Shown: positions 39,019 to 51,599, counted from the first letter of the stretch. The stretch is DNA of 64,000 bases from Mobula hypostoma (GCF_963921235.1 NC_086108.1:103604001-103668000), one strand, 5' to 3'. A program made the numbers and translations. The notes: a model not told the origin generated them from the letters alone.

Positions 39019-42000
39019 ATAGAAACATAGAAGACCTACAGCACAATACAGGCCCTTCTGCCCACAAAATTGCGCCGAACATGTCTCTACCTTAGAAATT
39101 ACTAGACTTACCCATAGCCCTCTATTTTTCTAAGAATATCTAAAAGTCTCTTAGAAGACCCTATCGTATCCACCTACACCACCGCTGCCGACAGTCCATT
39201 CCACGCACTCACCACTCTCTGAGTAAAAGACTTACCCCTGACATCTCCTCTGTACCTACTCCCCAGCACCTTAAACCTGCATCCTCTTGTGGCAACCATT
39301 TCAACCCTGGGAAAAAGCCTCTGACTATCCACATGATCAATGCCTCTCGTCATCTTATACACTTCTATCAGGTCACCTCTCATCTTCCGTCGCTCCAAGG
39401 TGAAAAGGCCCAGTTCACTCAATCTGTTTTCAAAAGGCATGCTCCTTAATCCAGGTAACATCCTTGTAAATCTCCTCTGCACCCCCTTTCTATGGTTTCC
39501 ACATCCCATCTGTAGTGAGGCGACCAGAACTGAACACAGTACTCCAAGTGGGGTCTGACCAGGGTCCTATATAGCTGCAACATTACCTCTCGGCTCCTAA
39601 ATTCAATTCCACGATTGGTGAAGGCCAATACACCGTATGCCTTCACAGTGTCCTAAACACAAAATAATCTGCAGATGCTGTTGTCAAAGGAACACTCACA
39701 ATGCGCTGGAGGAACTCAGCGGGTCAGTCAGTATCACCTTTTCAACTGATGCTGACTAACGTGCTGAGTTCCTCCAGCGCATTGTGAGTGTTCCTCTAAC
39801 CACAGTGCCAAGAGTCTTACCATTAATGCTATATTCTGCCATCATATTTGACCTACCAAAATGAACCACCTCACACTTATTTGGGTTGAACTCCATCTGC
39901 CACTTCTCAGCCCAGTTTTGCATCCTATCAATATTCTGCTCTAACCTCTGACAGCCCTCCATACTATCCACAACACCCCCAACCTTTGTGTCATCAGCAA
40001 ACTTACTAACCCATCTCTCCACTTCCTCATCCAGGTCATTTATAAAAATCACAAAGAGTAAGGGTCCCAGAACAGATCCCTGAGGCACACCTCTGGCCAC
40101 CGACATCTATGCAGAATATGACCCATCTACAACCACTTTTTGCCTTCTGTGGGCAAGCCAGTTCTGGATCCACAAAGCAATGTCCCCTTGGATCCCAAGC
40201 CTCCTTACTTTCTCAATAAGCCTTGCATGGGGTACCTTATCAAATGCCTTGCTGAAATCCATATACACTACACCTACTGCTCTTCCTTCATCAACGTGTT
40301 TAGTCACATCCTCAAAAAATTCAATCAGGCTCATAAGGCATGACCTGCCCTTGACAAAGCCATGCTGACTATTCCTAATCATATTATACCTCTCCAAATG
40401 TTCATAAATCCTGCATCTCAGGATCTTCTCCATCAACTTACCAACCACTGAAGAAAGACTCACTGGTCTATAATTTCCTGGGCTATCTCTACTCCCTTTC
40501 TTGAATAAGGGAACAATATCTGCAAACCTCCAATCCTCCGAAACCTTTCCCGTCCCCATTGATGATTCAAAGATCATCGCCAGAGGCTCAGCAATCTCCT
40601 CCCTTGCCTCCCACAGTAGCCTGGGGTACATCTCATCCGGTCCCAGCGACTTATACAACTTGATGCTTTCCAAAAGCTCCAGCACATCCTCTTTCTTAAT
40701 ATCTACATGCTCAAGCATTTCAGTCAGCACTACAATCACCAAGATCCTTTTCCATAGTGAATACTGAATTAAAGTATTCATTAAGTACCCCTGCTATTTC
40801 CTCCGGTTCCATACACACTTTCTCACTGTCACACTTGATAGGTCACATTCTTTCACGTCTTATCCCCTTGCTCTTCACGTACTTGTAGAATGCCTTGGGG
40901 TTTTCCTTAATCCTGCCTGCCAAGCCTTCTCATGGCTCCTTCTGGCTCTCCTAATTTCCTTTTTAAACTCCTTCCTGTTAGCCCTATAATCTTCTAGATC
41001 CCTAACATTACCGAACTCTCTGAACTTTTTGTAAGCTTTCCTATTCTTCATGACTAGATTTATCACAGCCTCTGTACACCACGGTTCCTGTTCTCTACCA
41101 TAACTTCCTTGTCTCATTGGAACGTACCCATGCAGAACTCCACACAAATATCCCCTGAATATTTGCCATATTTCTTCCGTACTTCTCCCTGAGAACATCT
41201 GTTCCCAGCTTAAGCTTCCAATTTCCTGCCTGATAGCCTCATAATTCCTCTTACTCCAATTAAACGCTTTTCTAACTCGTCTGTTCCTATCTCTCTCCAA
41301 TGCTATTGTAAAGGATATAGAATTATGATCGCTATCTCCAAAATGCTCTCCCACTGTGAGATCTGACACCTGACCAGGTCCTCTTGTAGGCTTATCTACA
41401 TATTGTGTCAAGAAGCCTTCCTGCACACACCTAACAAACTCCCCCCCATATAAACCCCTTGCTCTAGGGAGATACCAATCGATATTTGGGAAATTAAAAT
41501 CTCCCATCACGACAACTCTGTTATTATTACACCTTTCCAGGATCTGTTTCCCTATCTGCTCCTCGATATCCCTGTTACTATTGGGCGGCCTATAAAAAGC
41601 ACCCAGTAAAGTTATTGACCCCTTCCTGTTCCTAACCTCCACCCACAGAGACTCCGTAGACAATCCCTCAACGACGTCCACCTTTTCTGCAGCCGTGACA
41701 CTATCTCTGATCAACAGTGCCATGCCCCCACCTCTTTTGCCTCTTTCCCTGTCCTTTCTGAAACATCTAAAACCCGGCACTTGAAATAACCATTCCTGTC
41801 CCTGAGCCATCCAAGTCTCTGTAATGGCCACCACATCATAGCTCCAAGTACTGATCCACGCTCTAAACTCATCCGCTTTGTTCACAATACTACTTGCGTT
41901 AAAATAGTCACATCTCAAACTGTCCATCTGACCGTGTCCCTTCTCTATCACCTGCCTATCTTCCCTCACACACTGTCTCCAAGCTTTCTCTATTTGTGAG

Positions 42001-43747
42001 CCAACTGCCTCTTCCCCAGTCTCTTCAGTTCGGTTCTCACCCCCCAACGATTCTAGTTTAAACTCTCCCCAGTAGCCTTAGCAAACCTCCCCACCAGGAT
42101 ATTGGGCCCCCTGGGATTCAAGTGCAACCTGTACTTTCTGTACAGGTCATACCTGCCCCAAAAGAGGCCCCAGTGATCCAGAAATCTGAATCGCTGCCCC
42201 CTGCTTCAATCCTTCAGCCACGCATTTATCCTCCACCTCATTCTACTCCTATACTCACTGTCACGTGGCACAGGCAGTAATCCCGAGATGACTATATTTG
42301 CGGTCCTGCTTCTCAACTTCCTTCCCAACTCCCTGAAGTCTTTTTTCAGGACCTCTTCCCTTTTCCTACCTATGTCACTGTTACCAATATGTACCACGAC
42401 CTCTGGCTGTTCTCCCTCCCACTGCAGGATATCTTGGACGCGATCTGAAACATCTCGGACTCTGGCTCCTGGGAGGCAAACTACCATCCGAGTTTCTTTC
42501 TTGCGTCCACAGAATCACCTGTCTAACCCCCTAACTGTAGAGTCCCCTATCATTACTGCCTTCCTCTTCCTTTCCCTACCCTTCTGAGCCACAGGGCCGG
42601 ACTCTGTGCCAGAGGCACGGCCACTGTTGCTTCCTCCAGGTAGGCTGTCCCCTCCAACAGTACACAAACAGGAGTACTTATTGTCAAGGGGCACAGCCAC
42701 AGTGGTACTCTCTAGTACGTGACTCTTCTCCTTCCCTCTCCTGACTGTTACCCACTTGTCTGTCTCCCACGGTCCCGGTGTGACCACCTGCCTATAACTC
42801 CTTTCTATCACCTCCTCACTCTCCCTGACCAGACGAAGGTTATCAAGCTGCATCTCCAGTTCCCTAACGCGATCCCTTAGATGCTGCAGCTCGACACACT
42901 GGGTGCAGATATGGCCGTCCGGGAGGCTGGGAGACTCCAGGACCTCCCACATCTGACACCGAGCACAGAAAACAAGCCTCACACACGTATTACTTCCTTT
43001 CTGCAAATAACACAGGTAAACCTACCTCGCCTCGTTACAGCTTAAGCCCATTGAGCCAAAGCCCTATCGCTCTGCCACTTCTTCCACTTGCAGGTGGAAG
43101 CATTGGAAAGGGTACAGAGGAGATTTACCAGGATGCTGCCTGGTTTAGAAAGTATGCACTATGATCAGAGATTAAGGGAGCTAGGGCTTTACTCTTTGGA
43201 GAGAAGGAGGATGAGAGGAGACATGATAGAGATGTACAAGATAATAAGAGGAATAGATAGAGTGGATAGCCAGTGCCTCTTCCCCAGGGCACCACTGCAC
43301 AATACAAGAGGACATGGCTTTAAGGTAAGGGGTGGGAAGTTCAAGGGGGATATTAGAGGAAGGTTTTTTTTACTCAGAGTGTGGTTGGTGCGTGGAATGC
43401 ACTGCCTGAGTCAGTGGTGGAGGCAGATACACTAGTGAAGTTTAAGAGACTACTAGACAGGTATATGGAGGAATTTAAGGTGGGGGGCTTATATGGGAGG
43501 CAGGGTTTGAGGGTCGGCACAACATTGTGGGCCGAAGGGCCTGTAATGTGCTGTACTATTCTATGCTCTATGTTCTCACTCAGCTGCCGCTGGATATGGC
43601 GGTCTTCTTTTTAAACTCTTCCCGCTCTACTGGCTGACATCACGCGCCTGCGCAGTCTTGCCTCTCTTACCCCGAGTAGTAAAACTGCCTTTGCTCCGGA
43701 AATCCTTAGCCGTTCACCCGCAGCCTTCTTGCTCCAAATCAAAATCA
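39019..43747 (-). mobile_element. Near-full-length CR1 LINE (5' UTR, ORF1 zinc-finger/esterase, ORF2 APE-RT), degenerate, with nested insertions
   Basis: ORF1 CARCQMW...HICTQC plus coiled coil, IGDS, CLPGARV, VVVHIG (SGNH esterase-like). ORF2 pieces 40875-42047, 40107-40781 and 39756-40106. Inserted in a plus-strand CR1 tail (38765-39018 resumes at 43748). Confidence 0.94.
43088..43575 (+). mobile_element. CR1 3' fragment inserted in the 5' UTR of the full-length CR1
   Basis: LERVQRRFTRMLPGL, TRGHGFKV and a (ctatgtt)-type tail. Confidence 0.88.
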
Positions 43748-43976
43748 AGCACAGCTTTGTGGGCCGAAGGGCCTGTATTGTGCTATAGGTTTTCTATGTT
43801 TCTATGTTCTATATTTCTACAACACAGGATTGTGTATATGCACTTTTGTCTGGATATCTCCACCAAAAAACAATATGGCTGTCCTCCCTGACATGGTCCA
43901 ACTGTATTTCAGAATTAAAGTCAGCAGTGCTATCAAAATAAAAGCCTGATTAGAGGGTAAAATAAACAGACAATAC

Positions 43977-44114
43977 CTTTTTTGTGTGAGGAGGCAAGAC
44001 CTCCCCACACTGAAGAAGATCTTGGTGGGCTGCTGGACAGCCTTGAATTTGCTTCATTCAGCATAGGACTACTAGGTCTCGAAGAACTGTGCACCGACAC
44101 GTCAGCAGTAATCT
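43977..44114 (-). CDS. USP33: USP33 exon (EITADVSVHSSSRPSSPMLNEANSRLSSSPPRSSSVWGGLASSHKK)
   Basis: Acceptor tttttag, donor AAAG|gtattg, 138 nt, phase 1/1. Resembles USP33 [22 protein letters not shown]. Confidence 0.9.
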
Positions 44115-44219
44115 CTAAAAATAAGAAAAATGAGTGTTACTTGTACTACGCAACTCAAAGAAAATGCGAAAGCAGTTTTTCTGTATAATGTAGCTAGAAA
44201 CAAGCTCACTAATTTCTTA

Positions 44220-45067
44220 ACGCAAACACAAGGAAATCTGCAGATGCTGGAGTTTCAAGCAACACACATAAAAGTTGCTGGTGAACGTAGCAGGCCTGGC
44301 AGCATCTCTAGGAAGAGGTACAGTTGACGTTTCGGGCTGAGACCGCTTGTCAGGACTACTGAAAGAAGAGATAGTAAAGAGACTTGAAAGTGGGAGGGGG
44401 AGGGATGGAGCTAAGAGCTGGACAGTTGATTGGCAAAAAGGATATGAGAGGATTATGGGACAGGAGCCTAGGGAGAAAGAAGAAGTGGGGGGGGGGGGAT
44501 CTCCCAGTGGCCACACATTTTAATTCCACGTCCCAGTCCCACTCTGATATGTCTATCCACAGCCTCCTCTATTGTAAAGATGAAGCCACACTCAGGTTGG
44601 AGGAACAACACCTTATAATCTGTCTGGGTAGCCTTCAACCTGATGGCATGAACACTGGCTTCTCTAACTTCCGCTAATGCCCCACCTCCCCCTCGTACCC
44701 CATCCGTTATTTATTTTTATACACACATTCTTTCTCTCACTCTCCTTTTTCTCCCTCTGTCCCTCTGACTACACCCCTTGCCCATCCTCTGCGTTCCCCC
44801 TCCCCCTCTTCATTCTCCCTAGGCCTCCTGTCCCATGATCCTCTCATATCCCTTTTGCCAATCACTTGTCCAGCTCTTGGCTCCATCCCTCCCCCTCCTG
44901 TCTTCTCCTATCATTTTGGATCTCCCCCTCCCCCTCCCACTTTCAAATCTCTTACTAGCTCTTCCTTCAGTTAGTCCTGACGAAGGGTCTCCGCCCGAAA
45001 CGTCGACTGTACCTCCTCCTAGAGATGCTGCCTGGCCTGCTGCGTTCACCAGCAACTTTTCTGTGTG
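44220..45067 (+). mobile_element. Penelope-like element: inverted 5' copy, GIY-YIG C-terminal remnant and pseudo-LTR
   Basis: Peptide DLPVATHFNS...RLEEQHLI..LGSLQPDGMN. 44262-44490 is an inverted copy of 44800-45067. 14-bp TSD TCACTAATTTCTTA at 44206-44219 and 45068-45081. Confidence 0.85.
44973..45008 (+). ncRNA. Putative minimal type I hammerhead ribozyme in the Penelope-like pseudo-LTR
   Basis: agtc-CTGACGA-a-gggt(ctcc)gccc-GAAA-c-GTC-gact: helix I agtc/gact, both conserved core strands, 4-bp helix II, palindromic acgt, and a GUC cleavage triplet. Confidence 0.7.
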
Positions 45068-48000
45068 TCACTAATTTCTTATTGTTTTTTGTACTCCATT
45101 GCCTATAAATGGCATTTTACTTATTTCTGATGCAGTACGTGCTTCTGCATTTAATTTTATGCCCAATTGAGGGACTCAAAAATGATTCAGCTTTATCAAT
45201 TTATAATAAAAATACAATAACTTGGGTATGTTGTGCTGATTTGGTGTACCTTTGAACTTTTATGAACTAAAGTGACGAATATCACTACCGTAAGGAGCAA
45301 ATGCAGGCACTTTAAATACAGCGTCCATCATCAAAGCAGCATCCATCATCAGGGACCCCCACCATACAAGACCATGCTCTATTATCGCTCAGACCACCAA
45401 AGCAGGAGGAAGAGGAACCTTTGGTCCAACACTATCACATTCAGGCACAGTTATTACCCCTCAATCATCAAGCTCTGGAAACGACATGGATAACTTTCAC
45501 AGACTCAACTCTGAACAAATTCTATGACCTACCAACTCACTTTCAAGGACTCTTTTATAACTTTTGTTATTAGTATTATCTTTTTAAATTTGTACATTAT
45601 TTTCTTTTGCACATTGGTTGCTTGTCAGTCTTTACTTATGTATTGTTTTCATAGATTCTATTGTATTTCTTTACTTTTCCTATCAATGCCTGCATGTAAA
45701 TGATTCTCAGCATAGTATATGGTAACATATACATACTTTGATGATAAATTTACTTTAAGCTGTGAACTTTTGGCAGCTGGCTGTAGTTTTCAGTTCTACA
45801 TCAGCCTTATAACTGATGGCAAACAGGTCTCACCTTTAAAGTACACTCTTCATTACAGCCATATCAACTATTTAAAGGGGTGCCATGGAGGAAGGAGAAA
45901 ACTCAGGAGAGAGGGTTAAGCATTTTTCATTGTGTCTGGCCACATCACTTTCTCCTAACGACTTTGCCCTCTCAATAACCCCTGTGCTCTCTAATGGCCC
46001 TAAACCAAATAAGCAACACTTTCATAATGCTTATAGGGATTAGAGGAGTGATTGTGGCAGTGAACAACTAAAACAAACAACTCATTGTCAGAGGATTGAT
46101 TGCTTGCACAAACAGATCAGTGACCAGTCAGGGGGGTATAATGAGGAAGAAAACAGCAACATCACATGTATTTAAAGCGATGTTGATAGGTTCTTGATCA
46201 ACTTGGATGTCAAAGGTTACGGGGAGAAGGCAGGAGAATAGGGCTGAGGGGATAACAAATCAGCTCTAATGGAACGGCGGAGCAGACTCGATAGGTCGAA
46301 TGGCCTAATTCTGCTCCCATGTCTTATGGTCCTATTATGTACCAGAAAGGACACTAATTTACGCACAGTTGGTAACAATGGATGGGGTTTACACCCTGTT
46401 TTACTGCAAGTGAGGTCATGGGCTGTAAATTGCATATTTCCATACCAATTTCAATCATTAACGAAATAAGCATTAAGCACATTAATGATATTATCATGTC
46501 TATTATTAACAGCAAAGAAATAACACCCACACCCAGACTAGCCAGTCCAATTTTCCTTCATGCTGTAATGGACACAGTTGTATTAAAACATCTGGAGGAG
46601 TCTAAATTCAGAGGGCACAGCCCCAGAATAGAAGGGCATCCCTTTGGATCAGAGATGAGGAGGAATTTCTTCAGCCAGTAGGTGATAAATCTGTGGAATT
46701 CATTGCCACAGAGAGCTGTGGCGGCCAGGTCATTGGGTATATTTAAAGGGGAGGTTGATAGGTTCTTAACTAGTAAAGGCATTCAAGATTACAGGGAGAA
46801 GGCAGGAGAAGGATAATAAGTCAGCCACAATGGAATGGTAGGGCATGGGCTGGGTGGCCAAATTCTGCTCATATGTCTTACAGTCTTAAGGCAAGCTCAA
46901 ATGTGCAGAGGTATTCAACTTCTATCAATATCTATTAAACAATTTGGAAATTGTTATGAAAAAAGAAGGCAGCACAGGATTTGGGAAGTTGTGAGCATAA
47001 ATATGGCAAATAAAATATATATGGATCTTTGAAAGCAGGACAACAAATGGAAAATTTCTACACACAGTAAACAGGAGCAGCAGGTCCAGGGGAGCAAGAT
47101 TACAAAGATACTGGTTGCAGCACAATGCAGGAAACTTATTTACATGTTGGCAGTCTATAATATAAATTACATAGCAACCATAGTCTAACATATATTCTCT
47201 CAAAATTAATGCAAAGAGAGGAATTTAATATTTTGACATTCCAGCCCCCTGCATATATTCAGACAGTGTTGTTCATTACTGCGAATGATGCATTTCACTG
47301 GTGTTTCAATATGCATGTGACAAATAAAACTAACCTTTAATCTTACAAGTGCTGTGTATCAATCAGCTCTCAATCACTGCCAAGAGCTTTATCAATTGAG
47401 AACATGGGGTAACACGTCTTTAACTATTACAGTTCATGTTGATTTATCCTCAGTGCTGTTATGAAGAGATTGAAAGGTCAAGCTGAAATACTATTAGCTA
47501 GTATTCCTTCATCTGCCGTGATCCTCCCTCAGGGATTCTCTCTCCAAACAACTTCAGCTTTCCTTCATTTTAAAGCATTTCTTGAAACACATTTCTTGGC
47601 TATGCTGTGGGTTAACATATCCCAGCAACTTCTCACAAGATTGCCATCAAATTGTATACAACTTTAAGACATGCAGATAGATTACTGTGATAAAGATGCT
47701 GTATAAAGGAAAGTTACGTTTGGGTGAGACAGAGGAGATGTTATCCCATACACTTTCTCACACTATTCTGGGTTGTGACTCTACATTACGATCTGACACA
47801 GAAACGGGCCCTTCCAGCCCAAAAATCCCCTGCCACCCAATTATACTCATGTGATCAATTAACCTACTAACCTTTGCAACTTTACAATGTGGGAGGAAAC
47901 TGGAGGAAACACATGGGAGAAGGTACAAACTCCTTACAGACAGTGGCGGGAATTGAACTCAGGTTGCAAGCACTGCAAAACGTTGCACTAACTGCCATAC

Positions 48001-48189
48001 TACCGTGCCACCCTCCTCTTTAGGAGGTACTGGTTAAGGAGAGACCAGAAGAGCACACAAAAGAAAAATCAAACAGTGACCATGCGGGCTATTAACCTAA
48101 AAAAAAATCCACAGAATATAGGCCTGTATGCCCCCAACTGCCCAGCAAACTGCTTTGAACATAATGACTGAGTACTCTTTGATCAGTAC

Positions 48190-48541
48190 CTGTGGAAGTG
48201 TCCATGTCTTTATCTAAATCATCTCCAGAGCCATGGTTATAAAGTTTATGCAGTATGTTTCTCTCTTGTGGCCGGACTTTTACTGGTGTGTGGTTTTTCA
48301 GTTCCTCGTGCACCAGGTCTCCCCCCTGATCTTCCACCAACATCTTTGAGTTGGTCTCACCATCAGCCTTGTCACTGCCAGCACACGAGTCACAGGACTG
48401 AAATTCATTATCTGACATGTTTTCTTCCTCCATTTGTTCTTCCATGGTTACACACTGGGAATCTTCAGTCTGTTCTGTGACTTGTTCTTTCAGTTCTTCA
48501 TGAAGTTGATCCATCAAACAGCGCAAAAATTCTTGGGCATC
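48190..48541 (-). CDS. USP33: USP33 large exon (DAQEFLRCLMDQLHEELKEQ...DKDMDTST); 3' boundary uncertain
   Basis: Acceptor ccccag|GAT completes the QQDAQEF motif. The best-looking phase-1 donor is CAG|gtactg at 48190. The frame stays open to alternative phase-1 donors at 48124 (GC) and 48097 (gttaat). Confidence 0.85.
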
Positions 48542-48619
48542 CTGGGGAACAGACACAACAGTATTAAAACTAAGATCTGGCAAATTACAACTATTCTCTA
48601 AGTCTACAGATTACATTAA

Positions 48620-50332
48620 GGAGCTTAATGTAAAGGAACACTTAGAAGGCAGAGATCATAATATGGTTGAATTCATACTGCAATTTGAGAGGGAGAAGCA
48701 TAACTCACATATATTAGTATCGCAGTGGGAAAAAGGGTATTACAGAAGCATGAGAGAGGAGCTTGCTCAGGTGGATTGGAGGAGGACACTGGTGGGGATG
48801 AGGGCAGGACAGTTTCTGGGAATAGTTCACAAGGCTTGGAGGAGGACACTGGTGGGGATGAGGGCAGGACAGTTTCTGGGAACAGTTCACAAGGCTTGGA
48901 GGAGGACACTGGTGGGGATGAGGGCAGGACAGAGATGGCTGAAGTTTCTGGGAATAGTTCACAAGACTCAAGATAGATGTGTCCCACAGAGGAAGGAATT
49001 CTCAAATGGCAAGGGGAGGCAACCGTGGCTAACGGAGGAAGTTAAGGACTGCATATAAGACAAGGAAAGGGCATATAAGGTAGCAAAAGTGAGTGGGAAG
49101 TTGGATAATTGGAAGGCTTTTAAAATCCAACGAAAGGCAACTAAAAAAGCTATAAGAAGGAAAAAGATGTAATGTGTGGGCAGACTAGCCAATAATATAA
49201 AGTAGGATACCAAAGGTTTTATCAGTTATATAAAGTGTAAAAGGGAGATAGAAGTTGATATTGGATCACTGGAAAACGATGCTAGTGAGTTAGTAATGAG
49301 AACTTAGCGGGTACTTTGCATCTGCCTTCACTGTGGAAGACACTAGCAATGTGTAGGAGATCCTAGAGGGTCAAGAAGCAGGAGTGAATGCCATTGCTAT
49401 TACAAAGGAAAAAGTGCAAGGCAAACTCAAAGGTCTTAAGGTGGATAAATCACCTGGACCAGATGGACTACATCCCAGAGTCCTGAGAGAGGTTGCTGAA
49501 GAGATAACTGATGCATTGGTCGTGATCTTTCAAGAATCACTTGATTCTGGCATGGTCCTGGAGGACTGCAAACGTCACTCCACACTTTAAGAAGGGATGA
49601 AAGCAAAAGAAAGGAAATTATAGGTCAGTTAGTCTAACCTCAGTGGTTGGGAAAGTGTTGGAGTCCATTACTAAGGGTGAGCTTGAGGTATTTGGAGACC
49701 AATGATAAAATAGGTCAAAGTCAGCATGGTTTCTATAAAGGGAAATCTTGTCTGACAAAATCTGTTCAAGTTCTTCAAAAAGTACCAAGCAGGGTGGACA
49801 AAGGAGAGAATGTAATTTACTTAGATTTTCAGAAGGCATTTGATAAGGTGCTAGTCATGAGGCCAGTTACCAAGATAAAATCCTGTGGCATTACAGGAAA
49901 GATACTGTCATGGATAGCGGAATGACAGGCAGGAGGCAGTGAGTGGGAGTAAAAGGGGCCTTTTCTGATTGGCTGCTGGTAACTAGTGGTGTTCCTCAGG
50001 GGTTAGTATTGGGACCGCTGCTTTTCACATTGTTTGGCAATGTAGATGATACAAAGATAGACAGAGGGGTAGGTAGTACTGAGGAAGCAATGTGATTGCA
50101 GCAGGACAAATTAGAAAAATGGGCCAAAAACAATTGGCAGATGGAATACAGTGTTGGGATATGTATGATAATGTATTTTGGTGAAAAGTACAATAGTGTG
50201 GAATATTATCTAAATGGGGAGAAATTTCAAACATCAGTGGTGCAGAAGAACTGACAAGTCCCTCCATGATGGAATGGTGGAGCAGATTCAATGGGCTGAA
50301 TGGCCTAATTCTGCTCCTATGCCTTATGGTCT
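48620..50332 (+). mobile_element. Degenerate CR1 ORF2 fragment
   Basis: DHNMVEF, DKSPGPDGLHPRVL and YLDFQKAFDKV, with many frameshifts. Confidence 0.88.
48776..48965 (+). repeat. 60-bp tandem triplication within CR1
   Basis: ttggaggaggacactggtggggatgagggcaggacag recurs at 48776, 48836 and 48896. Confidence 0.95.
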
Positions 50333-51309
50333 TCATATGAGCATGGAAGTTTCTCTTGGATACTCTGGTTTCATCCCACATCCCACAGGAAATATAGGTC
50401 GGTAGGTCAACTGGCCACTCTGTCGCCATGAGTGTGCAGTAACATCACGGGAGGCAAGTTTATAGGGAAAGTCAGTAGGGAACAGGATTGCTATGTGTAC
50501 TGGCATAAATTTAACATGCCAAATGGCCTCTCATGTCAAAGGAAATGTGGACATAGGAATATGGTTACAAACTGAACATCACAGGAACTCAATTAGTTTA
50601 TCATGCCTGCACAACCATACAAATATCACAGCCCATAGTTCTTTCACCTCTCTTCTGAAAATGCACAACTACCTCCTTCATGAATAGTCTTTAATAATAC
50701 TGTGTCTCAGAGTTAATGATCTCTGCAGCTGCATTTCTAAAATCCTTTTTAATTCCTCTAATGTCATAGGTATGTTGATATTGTCAAACTAAAATTACTT
50801 GCACTACAATAAACACAAGCCAAGTTTATGTCACAAAATGGTGGCACGCATAGACGCAGCGGCCTTTCCGGATTGTGGTAATGTTTCGTTTAATGTGCTG
50901 TGTGTGGTAGATGTATTGAGGGTGCAGAGAAACATTGTTTCGCTTATATAGTCAGATGACAATAAACTTGGACTTGAGCCTGACCTGAATTTAACTCTTT
51001 AAACCTCGGTATAGTTCTGGTGAATTTATTTTGCAACTCCCCAATTCAACCCTAACGTAATCATGGGACAATTTAGAATCACTAATTAACTTACCAACCA
51101 GTACATTTTTAGACTGTGGGAGAAAAGCAGAGCACTTGGAGAAATCCCACACATGGGGAGGACATACAGACTCCTTACAGATGACGCCAGAATTGAACTC
51201 TGAGCTCCAACACCCCGAGCTGTAATAGCATCACACTAACTGAAATGCTACCGAGGCCTCCAGTGAATCTGCATCAGAATATGTCCATTGCCTGTGATAA
51301 GATTCTCAC

Positions 51310-51388
51310 CTGTTGAGAATATCCACGAAACATTGGATTCACAGTTTTAATCCCCTGGAACAGACTAGTTGGCACAACGTAGCTAGGG
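51310..51388 (-). CDS. USP33: USP33 exon ([26 protein letters not shown])
   Basis: Acceptor ctctccag, donor CAG|gtgaga, 79 nt. [17 protein letters not shown] is USP33-type. Confidence 0.95.
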
Positions 51389-51599
51389 CTGGAGAGACAA
51401 TATGCAAGATTATGAGGATATGCAAGTTGGTTACATATACACTGGTTTCAATATTTTTTAATAACCATCAGTGGTCAATCGTTATTCAACATGGCCAAAG
51501 TAAATTGGCAGCGCTATGTAGAGGAATACTATTGCCAATTAGCACTCCAAACAAGCCTGGATACTTCACTTCCGTTTCATCAAACACCTTTGTTCCATC

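Noticed and set aside
48776..48965. CRISPR-like array
   Set aside because: The units are fully repeated with no unique spacers and lie in a vertebrate CR1 ORF2.
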